A program made the translations under genes and the position numbers. Under the pieces are notes generated by a model that was given only the letters and a program-made list of their open reading frames with translations, did no database searches and was not told the DNA's origin. From the IMG/VR virus record IMGVR_UViG_2875703104_000003: a stretch of DNA of 22,908 nt; one strand, written 5' to 3'. The stretch comes from a virus (Duplodnaviria; Heunggongvirae; Uroviricota; Caudoviricetes). This document shows positions 1 to 8,675 of this stretch, piece by piece (position 1 is the stretch's first letter; each line of letters opens with the position of its first letter).

Positions 1-1143
1 CTATGCTGTTTTGATATCTACGATAATCCAGTCTTTACCACGATCATCATTGTATCGGTCGGTCATTTTTCTGGATTTATGACCTAACAACTTTTGCGTA
101 TCCAGACCCTGTTCCCGATATAACCGTTCTGACAGAGATCGCTGCTCATGAAATGTGGGCGCAGTTCCTGGCTCCCATTTTATGCCACATTTTTCCCTGG
201 CCTTTTTAAAAGCCGTTGTAAGAGTATTTGCAGACACCTGGTCTCCTCTGTTTGCTTGAGAGGTAGTGTGACGGTAATGGACCAGATATTTACTAACAAC
301 AGCATCCCTGCACTGAGATATAACTTCACGAAGGGTAATATTCAGAGCATCGCATTTCAGGTTAAGCGGAATAGCAAGTTTTGAACCGGTTTTTTCCTGA
401 GTAATGTGCAACATGTCGTCCCAGATATCAGAGAATTTCAAATTGCAGATATCGCCTAAACGTTGTCCAGTGACAAGAGCAAGTAGCATCCCGCATTTTA
501 AATAGGGCTGCCGTCTGCTTACGCTGTCAAATATTGCCTGCCATTCGGGCAGTGATAATCTTTGGCGGTTTACTCGATTTCGCGGTTGTTTTGTTGCCTG
601 CGCTGGGTTAAATCCTGGCGGAACATGTCCTGCGTGTTGTGCTTCTTTGAAGACGTCGATCAACACCATTCTCACGACTTGCGCCATCCTGTTATGACCT
701 TCAGCCTTTACAGCATCAATTATTTCGGCAATATCAAGTGCGGTAATATCCTTGAGGTGTTGCATTCCACAATGCTCACGGAAAAGACGAATGGGTTTGC
801 CTTTTTGCCGATAGGAGTTGGGTCTTAGTTCATTATGTTGCAGCCTGTCCTCCTGGATAGAAATATATTTATCAAGCCATTCTGTCACCGTAATGTCTGA
901 GCGCCTGCCTTTCATTCTTTCTAGACGCTCATTGACGCTTAATATTTGTCGGGTACGTTGTTCAGCAATAATGGTATTTGCTTCAGTAGCAACTTGTTTT
1001 GCTTCATTCTCATCAGTTCCTAAGCTATGAAAACGACCGGATAGTGGATGTTTGTATTGCCAATATACCTTTCCGGTTCGCTTATCTAATTTGCAATATA
1101 AATTGGGTATAGAGATTTTGTGAGATCGGGGTCTAGCAGCCAT
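1..1143 (-). CDS. int: Phage integrase, lambda-family tyrosine recombinase
   Basis: 380 aa ORF with ATG at 1141-1143. C-terminus 'FHEQRSLSERLYREQ...LLGHKSRKMTDRYNDDRGKDW' closely parallels lambda Int 'FHELRSLSARLYEKQ...LLGHKSDTMASQYRDDRGREW' including the catalytic Tyr. N-terminus 'RPRSHKISIPNLY' resembles the lambda Int arm-binding region. Confidence 0.9.
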   Translation of the reverse strand: MAARPRSHKISIPNLYCKLDKRTGKVYWQYKHPLSGRFHSLGTDENEAKQVATEANTIIAEQRTRQILSVNERLERMKGRRSDITVTEWLDKYISIQEDRLQHNELRPNSYRQKGKPIRLFREHCGMQHLKDITALDIAEIIDAVKAEGHNRMAQVVRMVLIDVFKEAQHAGHVPPGFNPAQATKQPRNRVNRQRLSLPEWQAIFDSVSRRQPYLKCGMLLALVTGQRLGDICNLKFSDIWDDMLHITQEKTGSKLAIPLNLKCDALNITLREVISQCRDAVVSKYLVHYRHTTSQANRGDQVSANTLTTAFKKAREKCGIKWEPGTAPTFHEQRSLSERLYREQGLDTQKLLGHKSRKMTDRYNDDRGKDWIIVDIKTA

Positions 1144-1369
1144 CAGCGATTATCCGTTGGAGTTTTGGGTTTGCGTTTATTGGGAGTTGCGGTTCTGCAA
1201 GCGTTCCTACAAAACGGGAATTTCGGTCAATCATCCAGTAGCGACCAACTTTTATAGCGGGTGGGGCCATCATTTTCCCTTGCGCGTATTTTTTCAGAAC
1301 TCGCTCACTTGGTGCTAAGTCCCCAAATTCTTCTTTAGCCCAGTCCTGTAAAGTGATTAGTCGAGACAT
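1133..1369 (-). CDS. xis: Excisionase (Xis-like)
   Basis: 78 aa ORF immediately upstream of int, overlapping its start by 11 nt. Strong RBS (AGGAGG) before ATG at 1367-1369. 'ITLQDW' and 'PPAIKVGRYW' parallel lambda Xis 'LTLQEW' and 'PPPVKDGREY'. Confidence 0.7.
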   Translation of the reverse strand: MSRLITLQDWAKEEFGDLAPSERVLKKYAQGKMMAPPAIKVGRYWMIDRNSRFVGTLAEPQLPINANPKLQRIIADGC

Positions 1370-1508
1370 TTGTCCTCCTCTTAGCTGCTGAGGGAGTTTG
1401 TGACCGATATATCTGACATGATATTAAGCTCATGGCAGGTACATCTCTTGACTGGTCATAGAGATAAATTTAATGCTGAGAAATGCAGTATTGAATTTAT
1501 CAATTTTT

Positions 1509-1748
1509 CTATTTCCTGCGTATGGCACGTAACTTCTTAATGTGTTCTGCTGTTTCGATCTCTTCAGCTATCCGATCTGCGTCAGCTTTATTCACAGGTT
1601 CAAAGTCATGATTAAAGCGGAACATGCTGGCGATACATGTTCTGCCTTTTCGGATGTAGTGAACTTTGTTGTGAGTGGAACGCAGGATTTTGCAGGGAGT
1701 GCCGTGGTGGTCGACGTACCAGGTGTTAGGGTAAATCACTCTGAACAT
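1509..1748 (-). CDS. Hypothetical phage protein (Ea-region accessory)
   Basis: 79 aa ORF with ATG start, co-oriented with the left operon. No recognisable motif. Confidence 0.5.
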   Translation of the reverse strand: MFRVIYPNTWYVDHHGTPCKILRSTHNKVHYIRKGRTCIASMFRFNHDFEPVNKADADRIAEEIETAEHIKKLRAIRRK

Positions 1749-1773
1749 TCTTGACCTTGTGTTGTGCGGATTG

Positions 1774-2058
1774 TTATTCAGTGCCGATATTTACCTTTAT
1801 CGCGTATACCTTTACCGGTTTATCACCGAAGTGCGGATGTGTGATTGTCTTCACTTCATATCCGTCATACGGAACATCAACTCTGCGGCTGGAATCGTCG
1901 CGCTTCGGATATCCCTTTGTGATAATCAGGCGGTCATGCTTACGGTTAACGAGGCGCTTTTTCCAGTAGTCATTACACAGGCGATACTCTTCCGTTTTCT
2001 CTCCGCGAATCATGGCATCGAAGTATTCACCTTTAACGGCAAGTTGCAGGTTAGCCAC
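1774..2058 (-). CDS. Hypothetical phage protein
   Basis: ORF track gives 1774..2142; the preferred start is GTG at 2056-2058, preceded by AAGGAG with 6 nt spacing, giving 'MANLQLAVKGEYFDAMIRGEK...' (94 aa). Overlaps the upstream gene stop by 8 nt. Confidence 0.45.
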   Translation of the reverse strand: MANLQLAVKGEYFDAMIRGEKTEEYRLCNDYWKKRLVNRKHDRLIITKGYPKRDDSSRRVDVPYDGYEVKTITHPHFGDKPVKVYAIKVNIGTE

Positions 2059-2791
2059 GGTTAACTCCTTGCTGTGTGGCGTCGAGTAATAAATCCCACA
2101 ACCGCTGAGAGCAATTTCCGCATGTACAGCGTTGACCCACAACGTTTATCGCGTTGCTGATTTCCGGCGTTACCTGTTTAGGAACCATAACCCAACCATC
2201 CGGAGTTACCGGAAGCGAGAACGGCAGCACATCTCTGTGAACAAGTTTTTGCTGTGACAGGTTATCCAGAACTTTCTGTACTGCTGCATCACCGAATACA
2301 CCAAGCGCATCTGCCATAACTCCTACAACCTGATAAGCCTCAGCGCATACCGTGGATAAACCATCCGGAATTACCGGAGAGTTGCCGGGTTCTTTAATGT
2401 GCAAGCGAGGCTCACCATCTTTTGGCTCAGGCCACTGGCGCTCCATGTTGATCTTCAATTTATCTTCCATAGCAACGGTAATTTCAGCATCGCTGATGCC
2501 AGCACGGCGCTGTGCATCCCACAACAGAAACTGCATATCAGCCCACTCGCTAAGATCGTCTGGTTCGGCTGCGGCTTCCAGTGCCTCTTTTGAGAGGTGT
2601 TTCAGTGGACCAATGGGGCCAACGCAGCCAAATGTGGAGTCAGACCATTTGGCATGCTCGTGGCGAATCTGTTCGCGTTCCAGTGATGCCAGTGCAATTC
2701 GTGCTAGTTCCATTTGTTCGCCACGAGTAAGCCCGTTTTCAAGCGGATTTTTAATGAACAATTCAATACGTTCTTTGGTAATAGTGGTCAT
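2051..2791 (-). CDS. DUF550-type / MazG-like nucleotide pyrophosphohydrolase domain protein (from memory of family)
   Basis: 246 aa ORF, ATG at 2789-2791 with GAGGA RBS. The N-terminal region resembles the dATP/dGTP pyrophosphohydrolase-like (DUF550) proteins common in lambdoid Ea regions. C-terminal part carries 'NSPVIPDG' and 'LPVTPDGW' linker-like motifs. Confidence 0.55.
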   Translation of the reverse strand: MTTITKERIELFIKNPLENGLTRGEQMELARIALASLEREQIRHEHAKWSDSTFGCVGPIGPLKHLSKEALEAAAEPDDLSEWADMQFLLWDAQRRAGISDAEITVAMEDKLKINMERQWPEPKDGEPRLHIKEPGNSPVIPDGLSTVCAEAYQVVGVMADALGVFGDAAVQKVLDNLSQQKLVHRDVLPFSLPVTPDGWVMVPKQVTPEISNAINVVGQRCTCGNCSQRLWDLLLDATQQGVNRG

Positions 2792-2997
2792 GTGTTAATC
2801 CTCAAAACTTTATGCCCGGGCGCAAAAGTACGTGTTTTGTCTTTGCTTATTCGCCACCCGTCTTTACGGGCCTCTTTTGCACAACCAGACCATGACGTAC
2901 CGATATACTCACCGAAGTCTGGCACTGGATATACACCTTCCGTACACTGGCGACAATCACAATAGAGATGCATGGTGTAACTTGCGGCAATAGCCAT
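2788..2997 (-). CDS. Hypothetical small Cys-rich protein
   Basis: ORF 2788..3039 in the track; likely start at internal ATG (2995-2997), which overlaps the stop of the upstream gene (2999). Product 'MAIAASYTMHLYCDCRQCTEG...' has 4 Cys near the N-terminus. Confidence 0.4.
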   Translation of the reverse strand: MAIAASYTMHLYCDCRQCTEGVYPVPDFGEYIGTSWSGCAKEARKDGWRISKDKTRTFAPGHKVLRINT

Positions 2998-2998
2998 A

Positions 2999-3532
2999 TC
3001 ACTCTCTTTTTCCCTGAAGCATGGCAGCGTGGCAGGCATCCTCTACGCCCTTAACTGCATCTGCGCAGTAGTTATAGCGATTGCATTCCACTAACTTCTG
3101 CCTGAGATTTTCAATTGCTTGCGCGACATCAGCCTGTATTACAGGAACTGGCGGAACGGCTGTCTGCTGCTCTCGAACGTCATTAGTCGCTATCGGTTCT
3201 GCTGCCAACTGACTGGCATATTTGTTAATGGTAACGATAAGCTCTTGCTCAGCCTCATCCAGACAATCACCGATACCTCGCCTGTCGCCGTCAAAATCAT
3301 CGAAATCAGCACGAACTCTGGCAAATTTCAGGATTGCGGACAACACCTCACCAGGAATTACCGGAGAGTTGGTTGACGTTTCCGAAATTTCCCGAAAATT
3401 ATTGGTTGACGAATTCGCGTTTTCCCGAAAGTTTCCGGCATGAAGCATAGCCGCGCGGCAGGCGTTCCAGCCTCTCACCTCTGCAATAGCGGCAACAGCA
3501 TCGACCGCGTACATGCTAAGAGGGTTAGGCAT
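2999..3532 (-). CDS. Hypothetical phage protein (Ea-region)
   Basis: ORF track 2999..3607 begins at a TTG; preferred ATG at 3530-3532 (MPNPLSMYAV...), 17 nt after the upstream gene stop. Contains 'NSPVIPGEV', encoded by an 18-bp DNA string shared with the gene at 2051..2791. Confidence 0.45.
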   Translation of the reverse strand: MPNPLSMYAVDAVAAIAEVRGWNACRAAMLHAGNFRENANSSTNNFREISETSTNSPVIPGEVLSAILKFARVRADFDDFDGDRRGIGDCLDEAEQELIVTINKYASQLAAEPIATNDVREQQTAVPPVPVIQADVAQAIENLRQKLVECNRYNYCADAVKGVEDACHAAMLQGKRE

Positions 3533-3549
3533 TGGTTTTTCTTCAGGTA

Positions 3550-3804
3550 CTACTGGCACTGGCTTGGCATATATAGCGGCTGAACATACCAACCCTTTGA
3601 TAACCAACTGTCAGCAATGTTTTTACTCCTCGTTATTGCCGGAATACCTAAGCCATTGTCTGAATGCAGCCATGCCACCGGATTCTCTTCCAGCGATGCC
3701 AGAGCAATTTCATAAGCCCGGCGCTCAACATTGTCTCGCACATCCAAACTGCTGATACGCTCTTTGATTTCTTTAATCAGTTCTTTGTCGGTAAAAGTGC
3801 TCAT
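3550..3804 (-). CDS. Hypothetical phage protein
   Basis: Preferred start ATG 3802-3804 (MSTFTDKELIKEIKERISSLD...) with GGAG RBS, 1 nt after the stop of the Ea22-like gene. The ORF track extends to 3825. Confidence 0.5.
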   Translation of the reverse strand: MSTFTDKELIKEIKERISSLDVRDNVERRAYEIALASLEENPVAWLHSDNGLGIPAITRSKNIADSWLSKGWYVQPLYMPSQCQ

Positions 3805-3805
3805 A

Positions 3806-4570
3806 TCAATCTCCATTGGTATCAATGTTTACAGCCTGACAAGACTCTTTGAGCACCCAGTCAATAGCGTCTTTCCATGCCTCTGTTTCGACTGGTGGAT
3901 TTTCACGCTTAACCTGTTCATAGAAGCGCACTGCTTTAACCAGTCCTTCCGGTACTACTGGTGATGGCTGTTTAGCTTCTAAATCAGCAATTCTGTCAAC
4001 CACGGCATCGACAGCATCTGAAAAGCCGAACCAGTTGCTCCACTCCGGCTCATCCCCGGTTGCTGCAAAGTACATATCTGCTAAAGCAGATTCAGCATGG
4101 TCACGCTCGTTAATGAGTTGCTCTTCGCTTTTCTCCAGTTCAGCAATACGCTTACCCCCATCCGAGATAACACCTTCGTAATACTCACGCTGCTCGTTGA
4201 GTTTTGATTTTGTCTCCTCAAGCTCAACTCTCAGCTTCCCAACAGTAAGAGCAATATCCTCGTTCTCCTGGTCGCGGCGTTTTATGTATTGCTGGTTTCT
4301 TTCCCGTTCATCCAGCAGTGCCAGCACAGTAGCCGGATTGGCTGCGGCGATGAATTCAGCATTGGCCTGCTGTTCCATTTGGAAATCTTCATCGAAACCG
4401 CTTTCTGGATGCGCTCCTTCAATTCTGCAAATGGGAATATATCCAGCAACTTCACGATGAATTAGCGCATAATCACCATCAAATCGGCTCTCTCCATATT
4501 CGAGCGACCACTCACCACACGTTGCTTTTTCTGCCGCTTCACGCAGTGCCTGATAGTTAATTTCGCTCAC
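3806..4570 (-). CDS. ea22: Ead/Ea22-like protein
   Basis: 254 aa. N-terminus 'MSEINYQALREAAE' and the coiled-coil-like central block 'LLDERERNQQYIKRRDQENEDIALTVGKLRVELE' match lambda Ea22 from memory. GTG start overlaps the stop of the upstream gene (GTGA). Confidence 0.75.
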   Translation of the reverse strand: MSEINYQALREAAEKATCGEWSLEYGESRFDGDYALIHREVAGYIPICRIEGAHPESGFDEDFQMEQQANAEFIAAANPATVLALLDERERNQQYIKRRDQENEDIALTVGKLRVELEETKSKLNEQREYYEGVISDGGKRIAELEKSEEQLINERDHAESALADMYFAATGDEPEWSNWFGFSDAVDAVVDRIADLEAKQPSPVVPEGLVKAVRFYEQVKRENPPVETEAWKDAIDWVLKESCQAVNIDTNGD

Positions 4571-4788
4571 TTCGAACCTCTCTGTTTACTGATAAGCTCC
4601 AGATCCTCCTGGCAACTTGCACAAGTCCGACAACCCTGAACGACCAGGCGTCTTCGTTCATCTATGGGATCGCCACACTCACAACAATGAGTGGCGGATA
4701 TAGTCTGGTAGTTCAGACGACGCATTTTTATTGCTGTATTGCGCTGTAATTCTTCAATTTCTGATGCTGAATCAATGATGTCCGCCAT
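4567..4788 (-). CDS. TraR/DksA-family C4 zinc-finger protein
   Basis: 73 aa with CxxC...(17)...CxxC ('CCECGDPIDERRRLVVQGCRTCASC'), typical of phage TraR-like proteins. Confidence 0.7.
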   Translation of the reverse strand: MADIIDSASEIEELQRNTAIKMRRLNYQTISATHCCECGDPIDERRRLVVQGCRTCASCQEDLELISKQRGSK

Positions 4789-4886
4789 CTTTCATTAATC
4801 CCTGAATTGTTGGTTAATACGCTTGAGGGTGAATGCGAATAATAAAAAAGGAGCCTGTAGCTCCCTGATGATTTTGCTTTTCATGT

Positions 4887-5168
4887 TCACCGTTCCTTAA
4901 AGACGCCGTTTAACATGCCGATCGCCAGGCTTAAATGAGTCGGTGTGAATCCCATCAGCGTTACCGTTTCGCGGTGCTTCTTTAGTACGCTACGGCAAAT
5001 GTCATCGACGTTTTTATCCGGAAACTGCTGTCTGGCTTTTTTGATTTCAGAATTAGCCTGACGGGCAATGCTGCGAAGGGCGTTTTCTTGCTGAGGTGTC
5101 ACTGAACAAGCCCCATGTCGGCAAGCATAAGCACACAGAATATGAAGCCCGCTGCCAGAAAAATGCAT
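4887..5168 (-). CDS. Hypothetical protein in the lambda orf60a position; start uncertain
   Basis: ORF track 93 aa from ATG 5168. Alternative: GTG start at 5100-5102 (71 aa, 'MTPQQENALRSIARQ...') translationally coupled to an upstream 27-aa ORF. Position corresponds to lambda orf60a. Confidence 0.45.
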   Translation of the reverse strand: MHFSGSGLHILCAYACRHGACSVTPQQENALRSIARQANSEIKKARQQFPDKNVDDICRSVLKKHRETVTLMGFTPTHLSLAIGMLNGVFKER

Positions 5169-5178
5169 TCAGTGGTTG

Positions 5179-5370
5179 TCATACCTGGTCTCTCTCATCT
5201 GCTTCTGCTTTCGCCACCATCATTTCCAGCTTTTGTGAAAGGGATGTGGCTAACGTATGAAATTCTTCGTCTGTTTCTACTGGTATTGGCACAAACCTGA
5301 CTCCAATTTGAGCAAGGCTATGTGCCATCTCAATACTCGTTCTTAACTCAACAGGAGATGCTTTGTGCAT
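5179..5370 (-). CDS. Hypothetical protein in the lambda orf63 position
   Basis: 63 aa ORF with ATG start, between the TraR-like gene and exo as in lambda. Confidence 0.5.
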   Translation of the reverse strand: MHKASPVELRTSIEMAHSLAQIGVRFVPIPVETDEEFHTLATSLSQKLEMMVAKAEADERDQV

Positions 5371-5531
5371 ACCGCCTCCCGTTTATTATTTATCTTCTCA
5401 GCCAGCCGCTGTGCTTTCAGTGGATTTCTGATAACAGAAAGGCCGGGAAATACCCAGCCTCGCTTTGTAACGGAGTAGACGAAAGTGATCGCGCCTACCC
5501 GGATATTATCGTGAGGATGCGTCATCGCCAT
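5343..5531 (-). CDS. Hypothetical protein in the lambda orf61 position
   Basis: 62 aa ORF overlapping the exo 3' end and the orf63-like start, which is the arrangement seen in lambda. Confidence 0.4.
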   Translation of the reverse strand: MAMTHPHDNIRVGAITFVYSVTKRGWVFPGLSVIRNPLKAQRLAEKINNKREAVCTKHLLLS

Positions 5532-6202
5532 TGCTCCCCAAATACAAAACTAATTTCAGCCAGTGCCTCGTCCATTTTTTCGATGAACTCCGGCACCATC
5601 TCGTCAAAACTCGCCATGTACTTTTCATCCCGCTCAACCACGACATAATGCAGTCCTTCACGCTTCATACGCGGGTCATAGTTGGCAAAGTACCAGGCAT
5701 CTTTTCGCGTCACCCACATGCTGTACTGCACCTGGGCCATGTAAGCCGATTTTATGGCCTCGAAACCACCGAGCCGGAACTTCATGAAATCCCGGGAGGT
5801 AAACGGGCATTTCAGCTCAAGGCCGTTGCCGTCACTGCATAAACCATCGGGAGAGCAGGCGGTGCGCATACTTTCGTCGCGATAGATGATCGGGGATTCA
5901 GTAACATTCACGCCGGAAGTAAACTCAAACAGGGCTCTGGCGTCGTTCTCGTACTGTTTTCCCCAAGCCAGCGCCTTAGCGTTAACTTCCGGAGCCACAC
6001 CGGTGCAAACCTCAGCAAGCAGGGTGTGGAAGTAGGACATTTTCATGTCAGGCCATTTCTTTCCGGAGCGGGGTTTTGCTATCACGTTGTGAACTTCTGA
6101 AGCGGTGATGACGCCGAGCCGTAATTTGTGCCATGCATCATCCCCCTGTTCGACAGCTCTCACGTCGATCCCGGTACGCTGCAGGATAATGTCCGGTGTC
6201 AT
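5522..6202 (-). CDS. exo: Lambda exonuclease (Red alpha)
   Basis: 226 aa, '[50 protein letters not shown]...', essentially colinear with lambda Exo from memory. Confidence 0.95.
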   Translation of the reverse strand: MTPDIILQRTGIDVRAVEQGDDAWHKLRLGVITASEVHNVIAKPRSGKKWPDMKMSYFHTLLAEVCTGVAPEVNAKALAWGKQYENDARALFEFTSGVNVTESPIIYRDESMRTACSPDGLCSDGNGLELKCPFTSRDFMKFRLGGFEAIKSAYMAQVQYSMWVTRKDAWYFANYDPRMKREGLHYVVVERDEKYMASFDEMVPEFIEKMDEALAEISFVFGEQWR

Positions 6203-6984
6203 GCTGCCACCTTCTGCTCAGTGGCTTTCTGTTTCAGGAATCCAAGAGCTTTCACTGCTTCGGCCTGTGTCAGTTCTGACGATGCGCGAATGTCGCGGCG
6301 AAATATCTGGGAACAGAGCGGCAATAAGTCGTCATCCCATGTTTTATCCAGGGCGATCAGCAGAGTGTTAATCTCCTGCATGGTTTCATCGTTAACCGGA
6401 GTGATGTCGCGTTCCGGCTGACGTTCTGCAGTGTATGCGGTATTTTCGACAATGCGCTCGGCTTCATCCTTGTCATAGATACCAGCAAATCCGAAGGCGA
6501 GACGGGCACACTGAATCATGGCTTTATGCCGTAACATCCGTTTGGGATGCGACTGCCACGGCCCCGTGATTTCTCTGCCTTCGCGGGTTTTGAATGGTTC
6601 GCGGCGGCATTCATCCATCCACTCGGTAACGCAGATCGGATGATTGCGGTCTTTGCGGTAAATCCGGCATGTACATGATTCATTGTCCTGCTCAAAGTCC
6701 ATACCATCAAACTGCTGGTTTTCATTGATGATGCGGGACCAGCCATCAACGCCCACCACCGGAACAATGCCGTTCTGCTTATCAGGGAAGGCGTAAATTT
6801 CTTTCGTCCACGGATTAAGGCCGTACTGGTTGGCGACGATCAACAATGCGATGAACTGCGCATCGCTGGCATCACCTTTAAATGCCGTCTGGCGAAGAGT
6901 GGTGATCAGTTCCTGTGGGTCGACAGAATCCATGCCGACACGTTCAGCCAGCTTCCCTGCCAGCGTTGCGAGTGCTGTACTCAT
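6199..6984 (-). CDS. bet: Bet single-strand annealing protein (Red beta)
   Basis: 261 aa, '[66 protein letters not shown]...' matches lambda Bet. Overlaps the exo start by 4 nt. Confidence 0.95.
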   Translation of the reverse strand: MSTALATLAGKLAERVGMDSVDPQELITTLRQTAFKGDASDAQFIALLIVANQYGLNPWTKEIYAFPDKQNGIVPVVGVDGWSRIINENQQFDGMDFEQDNESCTCRIYRKDRNHPICVTEWMDECRREPFKTREGREITGPWQSHPKRMLRHKAMIQCARLAFGFAGIYDKDEAERIVENTAYTAERQPERDITPVNDETMQEINTLLIALDKTWDDDLLPLCSQIFRRDIRASSELTQAEAVKALGFLKQKATEQKVAA

Positions 6985-6989
6985 CCGTT

Positions 6990-7286
6990 TTATACCTCTG
7001 AATCAATATCAGCCTGATGGTGAGCAATGGTTTCAACTATGTACCGGATGTGTTCTGCCATGCGCTCCTGAAACTCAACATCGTCATCAAACGCACGGGT
7101 AATGGCTTTTTTGCTGGCCCCGTGGCGTTGTAAATGATCGATGCATAGCGATTCAAACAGGTGCTGGGGCAGGCCTTTTTCCATGTCGTCTGCCAGTTCT
7201 GCCTCTTTCTCTTCACGGGCGATCTGCTGGTAGTGACGCGCCCAGCTCTGAGCCTCAAGACGATCCTGAATGTAATAAGCGTTCAT
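6990..7286 (-). CDS. gam: Gam, RecBCD inhibitor (short GamS form only)
   Basis: 98 aa, '[60 protein letters not shown]...' matches lambda GamS. The in-frame upstream region hits a TAA after 18 codons with no start codon, so there is no GamL extension. Confidence 0.9.
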   Translation of the reverse strand: MNAYYIQDRLEAQSWARHYQQIAREEKEAELADDMEKGLPQHLFESLCIDHLQRHGASKKAITRAFDDDVEFQERMAEHIRYIVETIAHHQADIDSEV

Positions 7287-7361
7287 GGCTGAACTCCTGA
7301 AAATGGCTGTGAAAATATCGCCCGCGAAATGCCAGGCTGATTAGGAAAACAGGAAAGGGGG

Positions 7362-7505
7362 TTAGTGAATGCTTTTGCTTGATCTCAGTTTCAGTATTAA
7401 TATCCATTTTTTATAAGCGTCGACGGCCTCACGAAACATCTTTTCATCGCCAATAAAAGTGGCGATAGTGAATTTAGTCTGGATAGCCATAATTGTTTGA
7501 TCCAT
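7362..7505 (-). CDS. kil: Kil host-killing protein (FtsZ inhibitor)
   Basis: Internal ATG of the 89-aa track ORF gives 47 aa '[47 protein letters not shown]', matching lambda Kil. Overlaps the cIII 3' end as in lambda. Confidence 0.8.
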   Translation of the reverse strand: MDQTIMAIQTKFTIATFIGDEKMFREAVDAYKKWILILKLRSSKSIH

Positions 7506-7638
7506 TTTTTGGGACTCCTGGCTGATTAAGTATGTCGATAAGGCGTTTCCATCCGTCACGTAATTTACGGGTGATTCGTTCAAGTAAAGATTCGGAAGGG
7601 CAGCCAGCAACAGGCCACCCTGCAATGGCATATTGCAT
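7474..7638 (-). CDS. cIII: cIII (FtsH inhibitor, stabilises cII)
   Basis: Hand translation of the minus strand gives 54 aa '[54 protein letters not shown]', matching lambda cIII. Below the 60-aa cutoff of the ORF track. Confidence 0.8.
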   Translation of the reverse strand: MQYAIAGWPVAGCPSESLLERITRKLRDGWKRLIDILNQPGVPKNGSNNYGYPD

Positions 7639-7710
7639 GGTGTGCTCCTTATTTATACATAACGAAAAACGCCTCGAGTGAAGCGTAATTGGTATGCGGT
7701 AACGCCGCGC

Positions 7711-8079
7711 TCAGGCGGCCTTGATAGTCATATCATCTGAATCAAATATTCCTGATGTATCGATATCGGTAATTCTTATTCCTTCACTACCATCCATTGG
7801 AGGCCATCCTTCCTGACCATTTCCATCATTCCAGTCGAACTCACACACAACACCATATGCATTTAAGTCGCTTGAAATTGCTATAAGCAGAGCATGTTGC
7901 GCCAGCATGATTAATACAGCATTTAATACAGAGCCGTGTTTATTGAGTCGGTATTCAGAGTCTGACCAGAAATTATTAATCTGGTGAAGTTTTTCCTCTG
8001 TCATTACGTCATGGTCAATTTCAATTTCTATTGATGCTTTCCAGTCGTAATCAATGATGTATTTTTTGATGTTTGACAT
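7711..8079 (-). CDS. ea10: Ea10-like protein
   Basis: 122 aa, 'MSNIKKYIIDYDWKASIEIEIDHDVMTEEKLHQINNFWSDSEYRL...'; same position and size as lambda ea10 (from memory). Confidence 0.75.
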   Translation of the reverse strand: MSNIKKYIIDYDWKASIEIEIDHDVMTEEKLHQINNFWSDSEYRLNKHGSVLNAVLIMLAQHALLIAISSDLNAYGVVCEFDWNDGNGQEGWPPMDGSEGIRITDIDTSGIFDSDDMTIKAA

Positions 8080-8096
8080 CTATTCATATCCTCATA

Positions 8097-8125
8097 GATA
8101 AAAAATCGCCCTCACACTGGAGGGC
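8097..8125 (-). terminator. Candidate rho-independent terminator in the left operon (tL2-like position)
   Basis: Inverted repeat GCCCTC-ACACTG-GAGGGC at 8108..8125; on the minus strand it is followed by a T-run (plus-strand AAAAAAT at 8100-8106). Lies between ral and ea10. Confidence 0.4.
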
Positions 8126-8261
8126 AAAGAAGATTTCCAATAATCAGAACAAGTCGGCTCCTGTTTAGTTACGAGCGACATTGCTCCGTGTATTCACTCG
8201 TTGGAATGAATACACAGTGCAGTGTTTATTCTGTTATTTATGCCAAAAATAAAGGCCACTA

Positions 8262-8462
8262 TCAGGCAGCTTTGTTGTTCTGTTTACCAAGTTCTCTGGC
8301 AATCATTGCCGTCGTTCGTATTGCCCATTTATCGACATATTTCCCATCTTCCATTACAGGAAACATTTCTTCAGGCTTAACCATGCATTCCGATTGCAGC
8401 TTGCATCCATTGCATCGTTTGAATTGTCCACACCATTGATTTGTATCAATAGTCGTAGTCAT
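8262..8462 (-). CDS. ral: Ral restriction-alleviation protein
   Basis: 66 aa, 'MTTTIDTNQWCGQFKRCNGCKLQSECMVKPEEMFPVMEDGKYVDKWAIRTTAMIARELGKQNNKAA', matches lambda Ral. Confidence 0.85.
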   Translation of the reverse strand: MTTTIDTNQWCGQFKRCNGCKLQSECMVKPEEMFPVMEDGKYVDKWAIRTTAMIARELGKQNNKAA

Positions 8463-8532
8463 ACGGATAGTCCTGGTATTGTTCCATCACATCTTGAGGA
8501 TGCTCTTCGAACTCTTCAAATTCTTCTTCCAT
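8446..8532 (-). CDS. Small acidic ORF (28 aa) overlapping the ral start (lambda orf28 position)
   Basis: Hand translation: 'MEEEFEEFEEHPQDVMEQYQDYPYDYDY'. Too short for the ORF track; called on position only. Confidence 0.3.
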   Translation of the reverse strand: MEEEFEEFEEHPQDVMEQYQDYPYDYDY

Positions 8533-8675
8533 ATATCACCTTAAATAGTGGATTGCGGTAGTAAAGATTGTGCCTGTCTTTTAACCACATCAGGCTCGGT
8601 GGTTCTCGTGTACCCCTACAACGAGAAATCGGATAAACTCTATTCACCCCTACAGAGAGCAAAAGAGAAACGCCG

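Noticed and set aside
148-1030. Three plus-strand ORFs (70-88 aa) inside int
   Set aside because: Antisense shadows of the well-supported integrase gene.
1774-2142. Longer version (122 aa) of the gene at 1774..2058
   Set aside because: The extension overlaps the 3' end of the upstream gene by 92 nt; a GTG with a good AAGGAG RBS at 2058 gives a compact arrangement. The longer form cannot be excluded.
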